64,000 bases of DNA. It comes from Takakia lepidozioides (lineage: Eukaryota > Plantae > Bryophyta). The DNA is taken from NCBI GenBank assembly GCA_030704615.1, contig CM060733.1, positions 61,504,001-61,568,000 on the forward strand. The letters are read 5' to 3'. The notes below the pieces were generated by a model. It did not search any database and was not told where the DNA came from. It saw nothing but the letters and a program-made list of their open reading frames with translations. Positions 52,143 through 63,800 of this stretch are shown here, piece after piece (the stretch's first letter is position 1; each line of letters starts with the position of its first letter). The position numbers and the translations under genes are program-made.

Positions 52143-53198
52143 ATGGCGACACCAGCAGCAACACCAGCATCCTCAACTGCAAGCACTAGTAGTGGGACAA
52201 GTAAAGATGGAGTTGGGAAATCCACTCAAGCTCCTGCTGCAGCACCAGTACCCGTGCCTGCCTTTAACCCAGTTGTGGAGTTCTTTGAGGAGTTGAGGAG
52301 AAACTACCAAGGGATAAGGACGGAGAAATTGCGGAGCTTGCAAGAGTTCCAACACAAGCCTACTGAGAGTTTGAGGGAGGCTTACACGCGCATGAGGCGA
52401 TTGATAAATGTAACCCAAGGGGTTACGGAAGCTCAAGCAGTCCAATTTTGGTATGGGATATTGGACAAGGAGCTGAGGAGAAGGGTGCGGGATGCAACTC
52501 TCCTACAAGTGGACCAACCCACCTTAACAAACGTGTTTTTGCTGGCAGAGCGGATAGAGCTCAATATAGTGGAGAAATGAGTGGTCATGGTAGGGTTTGG
52601 TAAGGAAACACAACGAAGTGGGGCTCCTAGCCAACAACAACCACTACCCCAACGTGCTTAAGGCAACAAAGGGATTCAGGTGAAGCTCAGGGAAGGACAG
52701 ACAGGATCTCAATTGCAGTGGTCACTTCCTTCATTATCAGGCCAACAACAGTCGGGTGTGACATGTTGGGATTGTGGAGGACTTCATGTTAAGAGAGATT
52801 GCCCGGAGAGAGGCAAAGGGCTGGCACAGGCACAACCTACACAACTACAATGTGGGCATTGTGGCAAGTATGGGCATGAAGAGGCCCATTGTTATGACTT
52901 GCATCCTGAGCTACGGCCAGGCCAGTTCCAAGGGAACAATGGTGGCCGGGGACGAGGCAATGTAGTCCAGAGAGGTAGAGGAGGCAGAGGTCGCGGTGGA
53001 GGTCGTAACCAAAACCAAGGAGCACAAGGTCAAGGGCAAGGTCATGACCAAGGCATGGTGGATAGGCTTGCCCAACTAGAGCAACGTCTTGCTACCATGG
53101 CCACTACTCATGTTGCGCCAGCTCCAAGGCCTGAGGTTCAAGCCCCACTTGCACAACCTCCTATGCCTAGGGACCAGATTGGTATGGGTTTCATGTGA
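52143..53198 (+). pseudogene. gag with two CCHC zinc knuckles
   Basis: Capsid-like FQHKPTESLREAYTRM; knuckles CWDCGGLHVKRDC and CGHCGKYGHEEAHC; RG-rich tract; in-frame stops. Confidence 0.85.
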
Positions 53199-53735
53199 GG
53201 AGCCGCACTTGCAGGACCATTGCATGTGGACTCGGCAGCTGCTGTCACTCGAGTAACAACGCGTGCTCCTGAGCCAAGAGGAGCAGATGTGGATTTTGAC
53301 CCACAAAGGGGGGAAACGAGTCAACAGACAAGGCTTCCACAGTCTTTCACATTGGCTGAGACAGTGCCAACTATGCCATCGATGGCACCCGCTCGCCCAA
53401 GTGTGCCAGCGGTAGAGCCACGAGTGCTATTGAGGAGAGTTGGTGTGGCTCGGGAAATGCCAGTGGGTGGTGCTACAAAGCAAGTTGCAGCTAGTACATT
53501 GTTGGGGGCGGCTACGGCGGTTTGCCAAGCTCCATTGTTTTCTGCAATGACAATTGCAATGCCGGGGATTCGGCCAGCAGCTGCTGTGTTCAGACTAGCA
53601 GCTAGACTCTGTGAGAGTGGTGATGCATCGGCACTATCTGCGGGGATAGCGGATAATGTGTAGTGCATGGGTGCCTTGGACTCAAGGGTGAACTAGACAG
53701 CCACAGCTGCATCATGGCAAGCGACAGCTGCAAGG

Positions 53736-54194
53736 TTGCAGAAGTTGCCAGCTAGACCAGCCATTGAGCGTAGTATGGTGACTCCTGGGGTAGTCCTGGT
53801 GGACAATCAGGATGGTGTGTTTCAGTTAGGTGGCCCAGCCGGGAGGAGGTATAGGCCACTACAGGTCTTGTTGGACTCGGAAGCACAGCCATTGATGTTG
53901 GGGAGAGCAGCAATTGCAGGCTTGGGCCTCATAGAGGCGGATTTGGAGCCTTGCCCTTTCCAAATTCAAACATCTTTGGGTGGTTCAGAGAAGGCGCGAG
54001 GCATTACACGCCATGAGCTCTTCATTCGATTGCAGCCGGATCATCCTACGGACGGCTCAGTCATGAGAGCTAAAGCCATTGTTACGAACGCGATGTCCTA
54101 TGATGTGCTTGTTGGTGGGGCTGTGTTGTACCCCATGGGCTTTACTTTGGTATTTTGGGTGGAAACAACATCCTACAGGCTGGAATGGCAGTGA
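53736..54194 (+). pseudogene. Retropepsin aspartic protease domain
   Basis: VLLDSEAQPL (D-S/T-G motif with G>E) and the downstream YDVLVGG motif. Confidence 0.75.
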
Positions 54195-54572
54195 GGAGAT
54201 GGCCGATGTGCACTGCTCCCAGTGCGGTTTATTGGGAATGTAGCGGTGGATCATAGGAACATGATGCCCACATTGGCTGCATTCTCAAGGGTGGTGGCTT
54301 GGGGTGGTGAGCTCTTGGAGGGAAATAGCCATGCAGATGATAGGCCACCACCTGATGAGGACAAGCAATTGGTATACAAGGCTGAGTTGCTTCCTCATGT
54401 TCCTGTGCATAGCTCATTGTGGAATACAGTTGGGGATTTGCAGCGAGTGACAAGCCAGTGTGTGCAGCAAACATGGCAGGAGGCATTTCCATCGGTAGGT
54501 GAGGGGAGTTCAGTTACATCACCTGGACCTCCTCAATTAGCTCCATTGGACACAGTGCCTATTATCTGGTAA

Positions 54573-55560
54573 CAACCTGACTCAGGCATTTGTTTGCTAG
54601 ACCTGTTTGGAGGCATGAGCACTGGGCTTACATGCGTGTTGCAAGTAGGAATCAAAGTACGCAAGTACTTATATGTGGAGAAGGATAAGATTGCTCGGCG
54701 TGTTTCCATGCGCCATGTTGCCTTGCTCACATATCAATATCCTGAGTTGTTGCCTCTCTCAACAATTCAAGGGTACCAAAAGACATTGCCAGCAGACATT
54801 ACCATGCTGGGGGTGGAGGATTTGGATCGACATGATCCCATTGACTTAGTGATAGGAGGGTGGCCTTGCCAAGGACATTCACCTGCAGGTCATGGTAATG
54901 GTTTGCAAGATGCACGATCGCATCTGTTTTGGGAGATGCTGTGAATGTTGCGTGACTTGCAGGTGAGGCAAGTGCAACCTCCAGCTTACATCCTGGAGAA
55001 TGTTCCTCTCATGGGGGATTCTCGGGCCAGGGTTATGGTCAGTGTACATCAGATCCGGTCATGGATTGGCCCAGCTATATTGTTGGATACAGCTGTAGTG
55101 GGTTTACGAGCACATAGGCCTAGGTTGTGGTGGACCAATCTTGCACCACCAGAGTTGCTCAAGAGAGCCTATGATTCCATTCAACGGCCACCCAATCTCA
55201 CGGTTGAGGGCATTTTGGACCAAGGGAGGCAACCATAGAGGGTGCGACATGATGACCATCCACCTCTAGCAGTGGTAAATCGAGTGGGGCAGCCACGTGC
55301 AGCCTTGCCTACGTTCATGAGCTTTCCCTCGTCTCATGCTTTTTGAGACAATGGTCCCGGGTTGATTTGGGACAGTGTGTTACAGCAATTGGTGGAGCCC
55401 AATGCGGATGAGCGAGAGCGGGCAATGGGATTTGCCACGGGCACTACAGATGTGCCGGCTCTGTCAGAGGCATCACGACGCCAGGTGTTGGGTCAAGCAA
55501 TGGATCTCAATTGCTTGACATGGGTTATTGGCTTGTGTTTGGCTGAGCAACGGAGATTGC
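54573..55560 (+). pseudogene. DNMT3-like cytosine-5 DNA methyltransferase domain within pol
   Basis: Motifs in order: I LDLFGGMSTG, II YVEKD, III DIT, IV DLVIGGWPCQ, VI YILENV, VIII RAHRPRLWWTNL, IX ERERAMGF, X RRQVLGQA; same frame as PR and RT; 3 stops. Confidence 0.93.
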
Positions 55561-56069
55561 AAGCATTGGTGGCTACTTCCGCTCTCCCATTGGATATTGC
55601 ACCCTCTCTGCCAACCGGGACGGTGGAGGTAGTGAGTGGGGGCGAGCACAAGATCATGGGGTGCAAACACCCATGACAGATGTGGGATGAGATGCGCAAA
55701 GAGAGAGTCATTGGATCTCTCAAGCAACAGTATAAGGAGTGGGGAGAGCCATACACTAAGGATCAGTTGGAGGACAAGGTGACTAAGGTTTTTGAAGAGG
55801 TTGAGAATGTTTCTTGTTAAGAGGATGTTCTCAAGGTGGCTATGGCGGAGCAAGTGGAGGCTACGCCACAGTCAGAGTGGGCGGACAAGGCCCAAGAGGT
55901 TGCTATCTAGCAACCAAAGGATTCATCTCCTACCTCCAAGCCTGGTGTACCCAAGGTTGCAGTCACTGAGGACAATTGGGAACTAGATGTTGGACCTACA
56001 GTCACCGGAGGAGAGAGACGGAGGATCTAGCGACTTCTAAGGGCTTATAGAAATTGCTTTGCCTTCGGT

Positions 56070-57419
56070 TTGAAGAATTTGGGGAGTTTGAAGGGTCAGG
56101 AGATTCGTATTGATTTGGCAAATGACACGCCAATCTTTCGAAGGCCCTACCGGTATAGTGACATGGAGAGGTCATTGATCCAGTCACGGACTATGGAGTT
56201 GTTCGAAGCTGGATTGGTGGAGTTGTTAGGCGGGGAGTATGCCTCGGCAACGGTGATGCCAGCTAAGAAGGATATCTATGGCAATTGGACAGAAATAAGG
56301 ATGTGTGGGGACTATCGTCCTGTGAACCGCCAGACTAAGTCCAATAGATATGCCATGCCAACTCTAGAGGAGATCTTTGATGCCATTGGGCATGCAAAGG
56401 TGTTTAGCACATTGGACTTGCGATCTGGTTACCACCAGTTGCCGATCAAAGAGGCTGACAAGCAAAAGACGACATTCTGGGGGATTGACCAACATGGGAA
56501 GGGTTGTTTGTACCAATGGCGGTTCTTACCGTTTGGGTTGAAGAATGTTCTTGTAGAGTTTCAGAGGGTCATGGATAGGATTCTCGCGGGGCTAGACTTC
56601 GCCCGGTGCTACATTGATGACATCATCGTCTTTAGTGCTACGGTTGAGGAGCATGAGAGACACCTTCAGGTGGTGTTTGAGCGCTTGAGAACGCATGGGT
56701 TGAAACTGCACCCCGGAAAGTGCAAGTTCTTCCACAATCAGATTGAGTATCTGGGCCACATGATATACCCTAGCGGATTGGGTGTTCAACAGACAAAGGT
56801 GGAGGCCATTGCATGCATTCCACGCCCCATGGATGTGAGCAGAGTTCGTGCTTTCATGGGATTGACAAACTACTATCGACGGTTTGTCAAGGGATTTAGC
56901 AGCATTGCAAAGGCTCTTACCAAGTTGACCAAGGTGGGTCATGAGTAGCAGTGGGAGGAGGAGCAGGAGCAAGCCTTTGAGGAACTCAAGACTCGATTGA
57001 ATTCTGCACCTATTCTGAGGTGGCCTTTCTACCTACATACGGATTGGAGTATGTTGGGGATTGGAGCAGTGCTCACACAGGTGGATAATGAGGGAAGAGA
57101 ATTTGTAGTGACATATGCTAGCTGCTCGAACAATGATGCCGAGGCGAAGTATAGTTCCTATGAAGGGGAGTGTCTGGCTGCAGTATGGGCAGTGACACAT
57201 TTTAGATGCTACCTCTATGGCAATCTCTTCACTCTTGTCATAGATCACCAACCATTGAAGTGGTTGATGGAGTCAGACAAGCTTACAGAGAAGCTTGCAC
57301 GGTGGGCACTTATGCTTCAAGAGTACGACTTCCAGGTGGTGCATCGAGCCGGAATAGTCAACCGGGATGCGGATGGATTGAGTCGCAATCCATGCACAAG
57401 TGAGCTTGATGATACATGA
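56070..57419 (+). pseudogene. Reverse transcriptase and RNase H (Ty3/Gypsy type)
   Basis: RMCGDYRPVN, LDLRSGYHQ, LPFGLKN, YIDD, YYRRFV; LHTDWS..GIGAVL, YEGECLAAVWA, DHQPL, ADGLSR. Confidence 0.95.
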
Positions 57420-57521
57420 GCTCGTTGGCATGGTGAGACGGACGAGGAGATGGTGCTAGGATGGCACGCATCTGCTTTTTAATGCATTCTAGCAATCGGA
57501 GTTCAAGCTGGTCCATCTCAT

Positions 57522-58870
57522 ATGATTGGTTATAGAGATAGTGTGCATGACAATCCAGAGATCAGTGAGGAGCTTGGTGGTGCTAAGGATGTACATGAAG
57601 ATGCAGCAATGTTGGCCTACCTTCGTACTGGAGAGACAGCAGCTAGTGTGACTGCTAAGGAGAGAGATCGGATCCTACAACGAGCCAAGAGGTTCAAGTG
57701 GGAGGGGGCTCACCTACTCCGAGTATGGGAGGGTGGACAAGTGAGGATTGTGCCTCATCCAACACAACGAGCGCGATTGGTACGTCATGCCCATGAAGAG
57801 TTCGGACATTTTGGGGTGCGGCGCACTTATAGTTTGCTGCAAGGACAGTATTGGTGGCGGGGCATGCACACGGATGTGCAACAATTAGTGGCAATGTGCA
57901 TGGTGTGTGATAGAGTGCGGGCTTCTTTCAATGCACCTACGCCACAATTGCATCCTTTATTCATTATGGGTTTGGAGTCTTGACTTCGCAGGCCCATTGC
58001 CACTGACGATTCGCCATAACAAGTATGTGCTGGTGATGGTGGAACATTTCTCCAAATGGATTGAACTGGTGGCATTGCCTGACAAGGCAAGTGAGAGGGC
58101 TGTGTATGCATTCTTAGATCGAGTGCTTAGCCAATTTGGTGCTCCAGCCGAGATACTCACGGACCAGGGGAGAGAGTTCTTGGGGGAGTTTCAGGCTTTG
58201 TGTGAGCAAGCCTTGATAGATCACCGCACTACTTCTCGGGATCATCCCGAGGCTGATGGCTTGGCGGAGAGAGTTGTTCAGACAGTCAAGAGAGGTTTGC
58301 GCAAGTACGGTTTGCAGAAGGGACACCTAGGAGATTGGGACCTTTAGCTGCCTTGGCTAGCTATGGGCTATAGGTTCAGCAAACAAGCTTCACTTGCCTC
58401 CTTCTCACCTTACTTTCTTCTCTTCGGCCGAGAGCCAGATTTGCCTGCATCTATTCGCAGGGAGACTGCAGTAGTCCTCAACCTTGACGATCCGGATGTG
58501 TGGACACAAGCATGTGCCCAACGGGTAGAGTTGTTTAAGAGAGTCATGCCTATGGCTTTTGAGAACCTTGTTATTGCCCAACACCGAGACACATTGAGGT
58601 ACGCCACTATACATGGAGGGGGATATCGGCCAGGTGTTCGGCATTTCCATCCTGGGGACTATGTGTATCTGCAGCAGACAGCGCCTACGACCTTGGATGT
58701 CACAACATGTCGTGTGATTCTAAGGGTCCGGGAGGTGTTGCCTTCAGGAGTGTTGATTCTGGAGGGTCGAGATGGCATGGTATGGAAGGACCATGTGCCC
58801 AATTGTGCGCCATGTCACCTTCCACATGTGGATGGGAGGATAGATCCCAACCTTGCAGTGGTACCTACAG
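57522..58870 (+). pseudogene. DDE integrase
   Basis: HHCC (HEEFGH...CMVC), LDFAGP, TDQGREF, GLAER, SPYFLLFGR; one frameshift at about 57970 and one stop. Confidence 0.93.
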
Positions 58871-59013
58871 GGTTGCGTTGCATGTTATGTGGGCATGCTG
58901 GTGGTGCCGCGACCATGTTGGTGTGTGACAAATGCTCAAGGGGGTGGCACATGGGATGCTTAACACCGCCACTTGAGGAGGTTCCTAGTGGAGAATGGTT
59001 GTGTCCATGATGC
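58871..59013 (+). pseudogene. PHD finger at the integrase C-terminus
   Basis: CMLC...MLVCDKCSRGWHMGCLTPPLEEVPSGEWLCP*C: the C4HC3 pattern is complete if the TGA at 59008 was CGA. Confidence 0.9.
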
Positions 59014-59270
59014 CTTGGATAGAGGTAGTGGGGCATGACAGTGGTGAGGTTGACAAATGATCCGAGGTTTAGCTAACGGGAGTTCAATGCCATGGACACC
59101 CAATTGAAGCCATGGATTGCAGGAAGGCGAGTAACGATGGGGCTACTTTTGCACCCGGCCTCTTGATCTATTGCCTTCAGATACTGAGACTTGGGCGATT
59201 GATGACCACGCGATGATCTTATTGGGATGGATACTTGTCAGCTATCCGGTGTTAGAAGGACCTAATCACC

Positions 59271-59285
59271 GGCTAGGGGGGCGAT
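59271..59285 (+). promoter_or_regulatory. Polypurine-tract-like sequence
   Basis: GGCTAGGGGGGCGAT immediately before the TG of repeat B1. Confidence 0.6.
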
Positions 59286-59818
59286 TGTGGTATAGCTTTC
59301 TAGAAGTGTGTGCTTAGATTGTGTGGTGGACAGCGATGTATGTTGTGGCACGATGCTTAGGTGCACGACAGCTGTCATAGTTTTAGTCACGGTTATCTAG
59401 AATTACCTACTTCTAGTTAACTAGGACATTTTAGATATTTATATTTATATTTTGTGTGTTGGGACTTCATTTGGTCTCACATGCCAAGTGAGGTGTTGAG
59501 CCTCACTTGGAACATGGGGATAGGTTTTCCCCTTGTGAGGATGGAGGAGGCTCATCTTCTTGTAGTTGAGCCTCCATGAGTCTCTCTCACCTCCATAGCT
59601 CTAGGTATTGAGAGGGAGTGTGGTGGGCTTTGTAGGGTGGATTCCCTTAGCAAGGGTGCTCTTGGCTTGACTTAGTTTATGTGATTGAGTGGATTCATGA
59701 GTGGAGGGTTTCCATTATGTTCACTTCCATTATCATTGTGGTATAGTTTTCTAGGATTGTGTGCTTAGATTGTGTGGTGGACAGCGATGTATGTGGCACG
59801 ATGCTTAGTTGCACGACA
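59286..59818 (+). repeat. 3' split direct repeat block: B1 (59286-59370), GC, A2 (59373-59735), B2 (59737-59818)
   Basis: B1 and B2 are TGTGGTATAG...GCACGACA (85 and 82 bp); A2 matches A1. Confidence 0.93.
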
Positions 59819-59822
59819 CAGA

Positions 59823-60620
59823 GGTTGAGGGGTCATGACTTATCAAACCTGGCCATGAAAAAGCCAGTGCCCGTTGATGGGGGAGGGGGGTGAGACTCTC
59901 CCAGTCTGCTTGGGCCCGATTGGGAGGTTGCAGCACCAAAGGCTCTGTTGAGAATGGGTCCCATGTCAAGCGACCATTTTGAATTAGATAAAGGGAGAGC
60001 TCGAGAGAAACCGGACACAAAACGTTAATGAGCAAATGTCGACCCAGAATCTGCGCTAGATAGGCTGAGGGAGAGTTGGGGGATGCCGATTCTCCTGCCA
60101 AATGCAAGATGAATCTCAAGCGAGTTCTAGCAAGTGGGAGAGAGAGCGGGTAGGGAAGGCAGGAGAGAAGGGCATAGAGTTGCGGGGGAAGGGCTTAAGG
60201 TGGTGGGAATTTAGGATGAGAGACGGCTGCATGGCTGATGTTGACAGAGCCTGTCGAGGGCCATAACTTCCATGAGAGGGGGTGGAAGGCTATTGGCTGA
60301 GGCCTGGATATTGGAGGTGATTAGAGAAGGGATCAAAGCAAAGGCGGCCTGCATTAAGGAAGCTGATGTGTATTCATGAGAGGGATAAGACGTCGTGTGA
60401 GCGAAAGTGAAGGTGGGAAGTTCGTTAGAAACCTTAACAGGATTTTAGAGGTTGATGGGGCTGTCCCAGAAGCGCATTCGGGTGATGATGTATTCGCTTG
60501 AAGCGTTAGTAACTGGCGGCAAAGCCGAAGGACAGGCCCGAGGACAAGAGCGATAGGTTAAGCATGCAGGAGGGGTTGAGGACTTGAGAGCTTAGGGGAA
60601 AGTCGTCGAGGAAGCTTTCT
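59823..60620 (-). mobile_element. L1-type LINE 5' end (ORF1 N-terminal part)
   Basis: ORF 60119-59805 joins in frame to 48573 downwards once the retroelement is removed; 5' boundary approximate. Confidence 0.6.
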
Positions 60621-60884
60621 CTCTCACCGCAGAACGCGGAGCTCTCCTCCTCCTCCTCCATCGCATTGTCTTACCTTTTGATCCTTATTCTGCATTCATA
60701 ACTAAGTGGCATGTTCATTATGGCGGGAGATTGTTGATCTAGGGACAATGAAAAGAACCCATGTGGTTTGGAGGACCAATATTGGACCTTGATATGAAAA
60801 CTACATATACATATATATATATATGATCATGACCCTAAGTTAGAATCAATCTTGAATGTTGTGCGGGAAAGATGAGGGTGATAC

Positions 60885-63800
60885 CTGATACACCTGAGTT
60901 CTAAGTGATCTTGGTCTTGATCCCGCGGCTTTACACACCAACTTTTTCCCTACAATATTAATATTTTCATATGCATCCAAGGACCAAGATCTGGACCAAT
61001 ATGCTTCAAACAATTGCTTCAAATTGGTCCAATTGGTCCAAAGGTTTCTCGGTCTGGCCCTTATTACTCCATCCTTAGAGGGCAGTTGGCTGTCAATTGG
61101 CCCACACAAAGGATCCAGTGCTGTCATACAGGAACCAGTCTCATCTGAACAGCCTTTGAAGCACAACATGCACCAGAGGAGAGCTTCCAAAAATCCAGAA
61201 ACAAAAGCAGAAGCCGCACAAATTGTCAATTTCCATGTACACGGCTTTTTTGTGCAAGGGTGATCTGATTACAACGGTGAGACTGACATGAATTACCTTC
61301 CATCAGGGAAAACCTCAGCCCAAACTCCTACCCACCAAAATCAAAACTCCAGTAGTTACCATTCACTTGTTTAGGGCACATATTAAACTGAACACAATTA
61401 CAAATTCGATAGCCTTGAACAACACGAGTCCAATGTCCACATCCTGCTTTTGTGTAGTCTTACCTTCCATTGGCTTCCAATGACTCCATGGAATAAGCTC
61501 ACTGTGAGAGGAAGGAAGGGGCCCACAATTGAAGGAAACGGGTCTTTCATTCCATCCACTTGGCTTTATGCTGATGGGGTGCTCCACCAACTGTGGAGAG
61601 AAATGCAAGCACTGTTTAAAGGCATTGTCAATACCAAAAAATCTGCAGCCTCATCACTGCAAACGTCTGATGTAAAACCCCCTGGCTTTCGTGGCTCTGA
61701 GCCAAGCCTTCTCACCAAACCAAGTGTCCCACTTGCTAAATGAAGATTTTTTCAACGACTGAACACCAGTTGCCAATCACACCCGTATAGCATGACAGGT
61801 AAGAAAGTGGGAATGTAAGAGATAAACGTACACCAACATAAAATCTACATCAAGACGTTCTATACCTTGGAAGTAGCTTTCCATGCCCACGTAATAACTG
61901 ACCTGATTCTCTAATGTTGTACTTAGACGAAGCATGCAACACACCATCCCCATGAGATCCACTTACAGTGGAGTCCAGAGATGAGGGTTCAGCCACCAGA
62001 CTTCCTCCAACCATGCGCCCACTACCTGCTTTCTGTTTTGCTTTGGAAAAGAGGCCTTTGGGAACTGGAGATGCAGTCTTCCATGGCCAGCTATGATAAG
62101 CTTGTTGGATTCGTGCAATCCTGTACTGGGCTCTAATTATGTAAGAACTGTTAAGTCGGCTTTTAGGTCGGGAATGGTAGCTTGCAGGGCTTCTGGACGG
62201 TGGGTTTGCGAAGTTCTCTGCTCTGATTAATGGACGTTTGACAACTGAGAGGCGTTGATGATTTTTGGGGGTCTTGGGAGCAAATCGAGCAAAGCGGGCC
62301 ATGGAGGCAGGGAGACTGTAGCCCTGTATAGTGAAGAAGGTCTCATTTCTGACAAGCTCTGGTAGCTTCCCATGGTAACGACGTGTAATCATCAATGTTT
62401 CCTGTCTAGGGTCAGCCAACTTTCCCTTTGCAAAAGCCTGACCCAGTGAAATTTTCAGCTGTGGTACAGGGTTAGCGCATGGTGGCTCGGGTGATGGCGG
62501 CTGGATGGACTTGCAAACCAGTGGTGTTGCAGTCTCCCAAAACAAACACCCAGGTGATGCTCTTGGGAGGGGGGGAAATTTTGCAACGCTTTCTTTGACT
62601 TGGGGGAGCTCCACTGGCAATCTGTTTTCCTTGCTTGGTGTGCTTCCTCTAGAACGCCAGGACTTGCATTCACCTGTCAGACGTGATTAAACGTTAACAA
62701 ATCCCAACTGAGACAGAACTTTTGACGTGCACCTCTTTCTGTCACAAGAATGGGGTTGAACAACCTACACACAATAGGCCAAGAATACAATAGCTATTGA
62801 TTGCAATCTACTAACTTCCGCACCAGAGTCCCAAGTCTCTATTTGGATTTGATATGGGACATGCCTCTCAAATATGCATCTCCTGTTGTTTTGCAGATCT
62901 GAAGATTTGCTGCCAAAGAAGCTTACACAACTGAAAACCCAGGTCCATCTCTTCAGTGATTGTGAATCAGTGTCTCTGGCCACTCAAGCAACATAATAAG
63001 GCACCTGCACGAAGCTGGATTAAACGGCGGGAGGTATTTGTGGAGGTTCCGAGGTGGGTATCTGCTTCCCTCATACTACTTTCGGGTTGCTTGATCAGAT
63101 GCCAGGTTGCTACATCAGACACTCTTGACTAGTGAAATGTGTTCTACTCTCCCGTATCTGGATACCATATAAGAGATATACCAAGTTACACACTAAACTC
63201 AACAATAGTAGATCAAACACCAAAAGACTTGGAAAGAATAGACAGTGACTAACCCTGTCCACTACGATAGTTTTGCAAGATTTGTAGTGCACTTGTCCCT
63301 TGTAAGGCACTTCCTTTCCCTCTAATGCTAACTCTTGCAGTTGGCATTGACCTTGACCTCTTCTGTCGCATGATGGTGCCGTGACTGGCTCTCTTCTGCT
63401 TGGCTACATGAACCACTTCCCTCATCTTAGGAGGCACTCTTGTCTCGCCATATTTCTGAGCTCCAACCCTTTCCAAAATACGTTCCTCCCCATCCCCCAG
63501 CATTTGTGAGACTCCCCCATCGCTCTTCCCCACCCAAGCCAACACCTTGTCATCTTCCTTGCCCAAAAGCTTCTCCAAACTGGCAACCATGTCATCCCTC
63601 TTATCTAACCTTTTTAAACCCCCTGTACATTCCCTTTGCAATCCTCCCATGTCCCCTGCCTTCCAATTTGCCACTTTTTCCAATGCGCCCATCTGTCCCA
63701 AATCTTCTAGAGTACCTATGCCTGTCCTTATCGTGAGCATTCCAAACACCTCCGTATCTTCCATGCCCACGGATCTGCTCTTCTCCCTATTCATATCTTC

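Larger units (their letters stand above)
48574..59818 (+). mobile_element. Ty3/Gypsy-like retroelement carrying a C5-DNA methyltransferase and a PHD finger, with split direct repeats
   Basis: TG...CA ends; 4-bp TSD CAGA (48570-48573 and 59819-59822), whose removal restores the host LINE ORF1 frame (DPSTS|AFRPVS); PR-RT-RH-IN order. Confidence 0.92.

Noticed and set aside
51663-52296. Separate ORFs upstream of gag
   Set aside because: Probably a frameshifted gag N-terminus or antisense shadow; no independent motif
48574-59735. Ordinary LTR pair A1/A2
   Set aside because: No TSD flanks A2, the PPT precedes B1 rather than A2, and the CAGA TSD lies after B2
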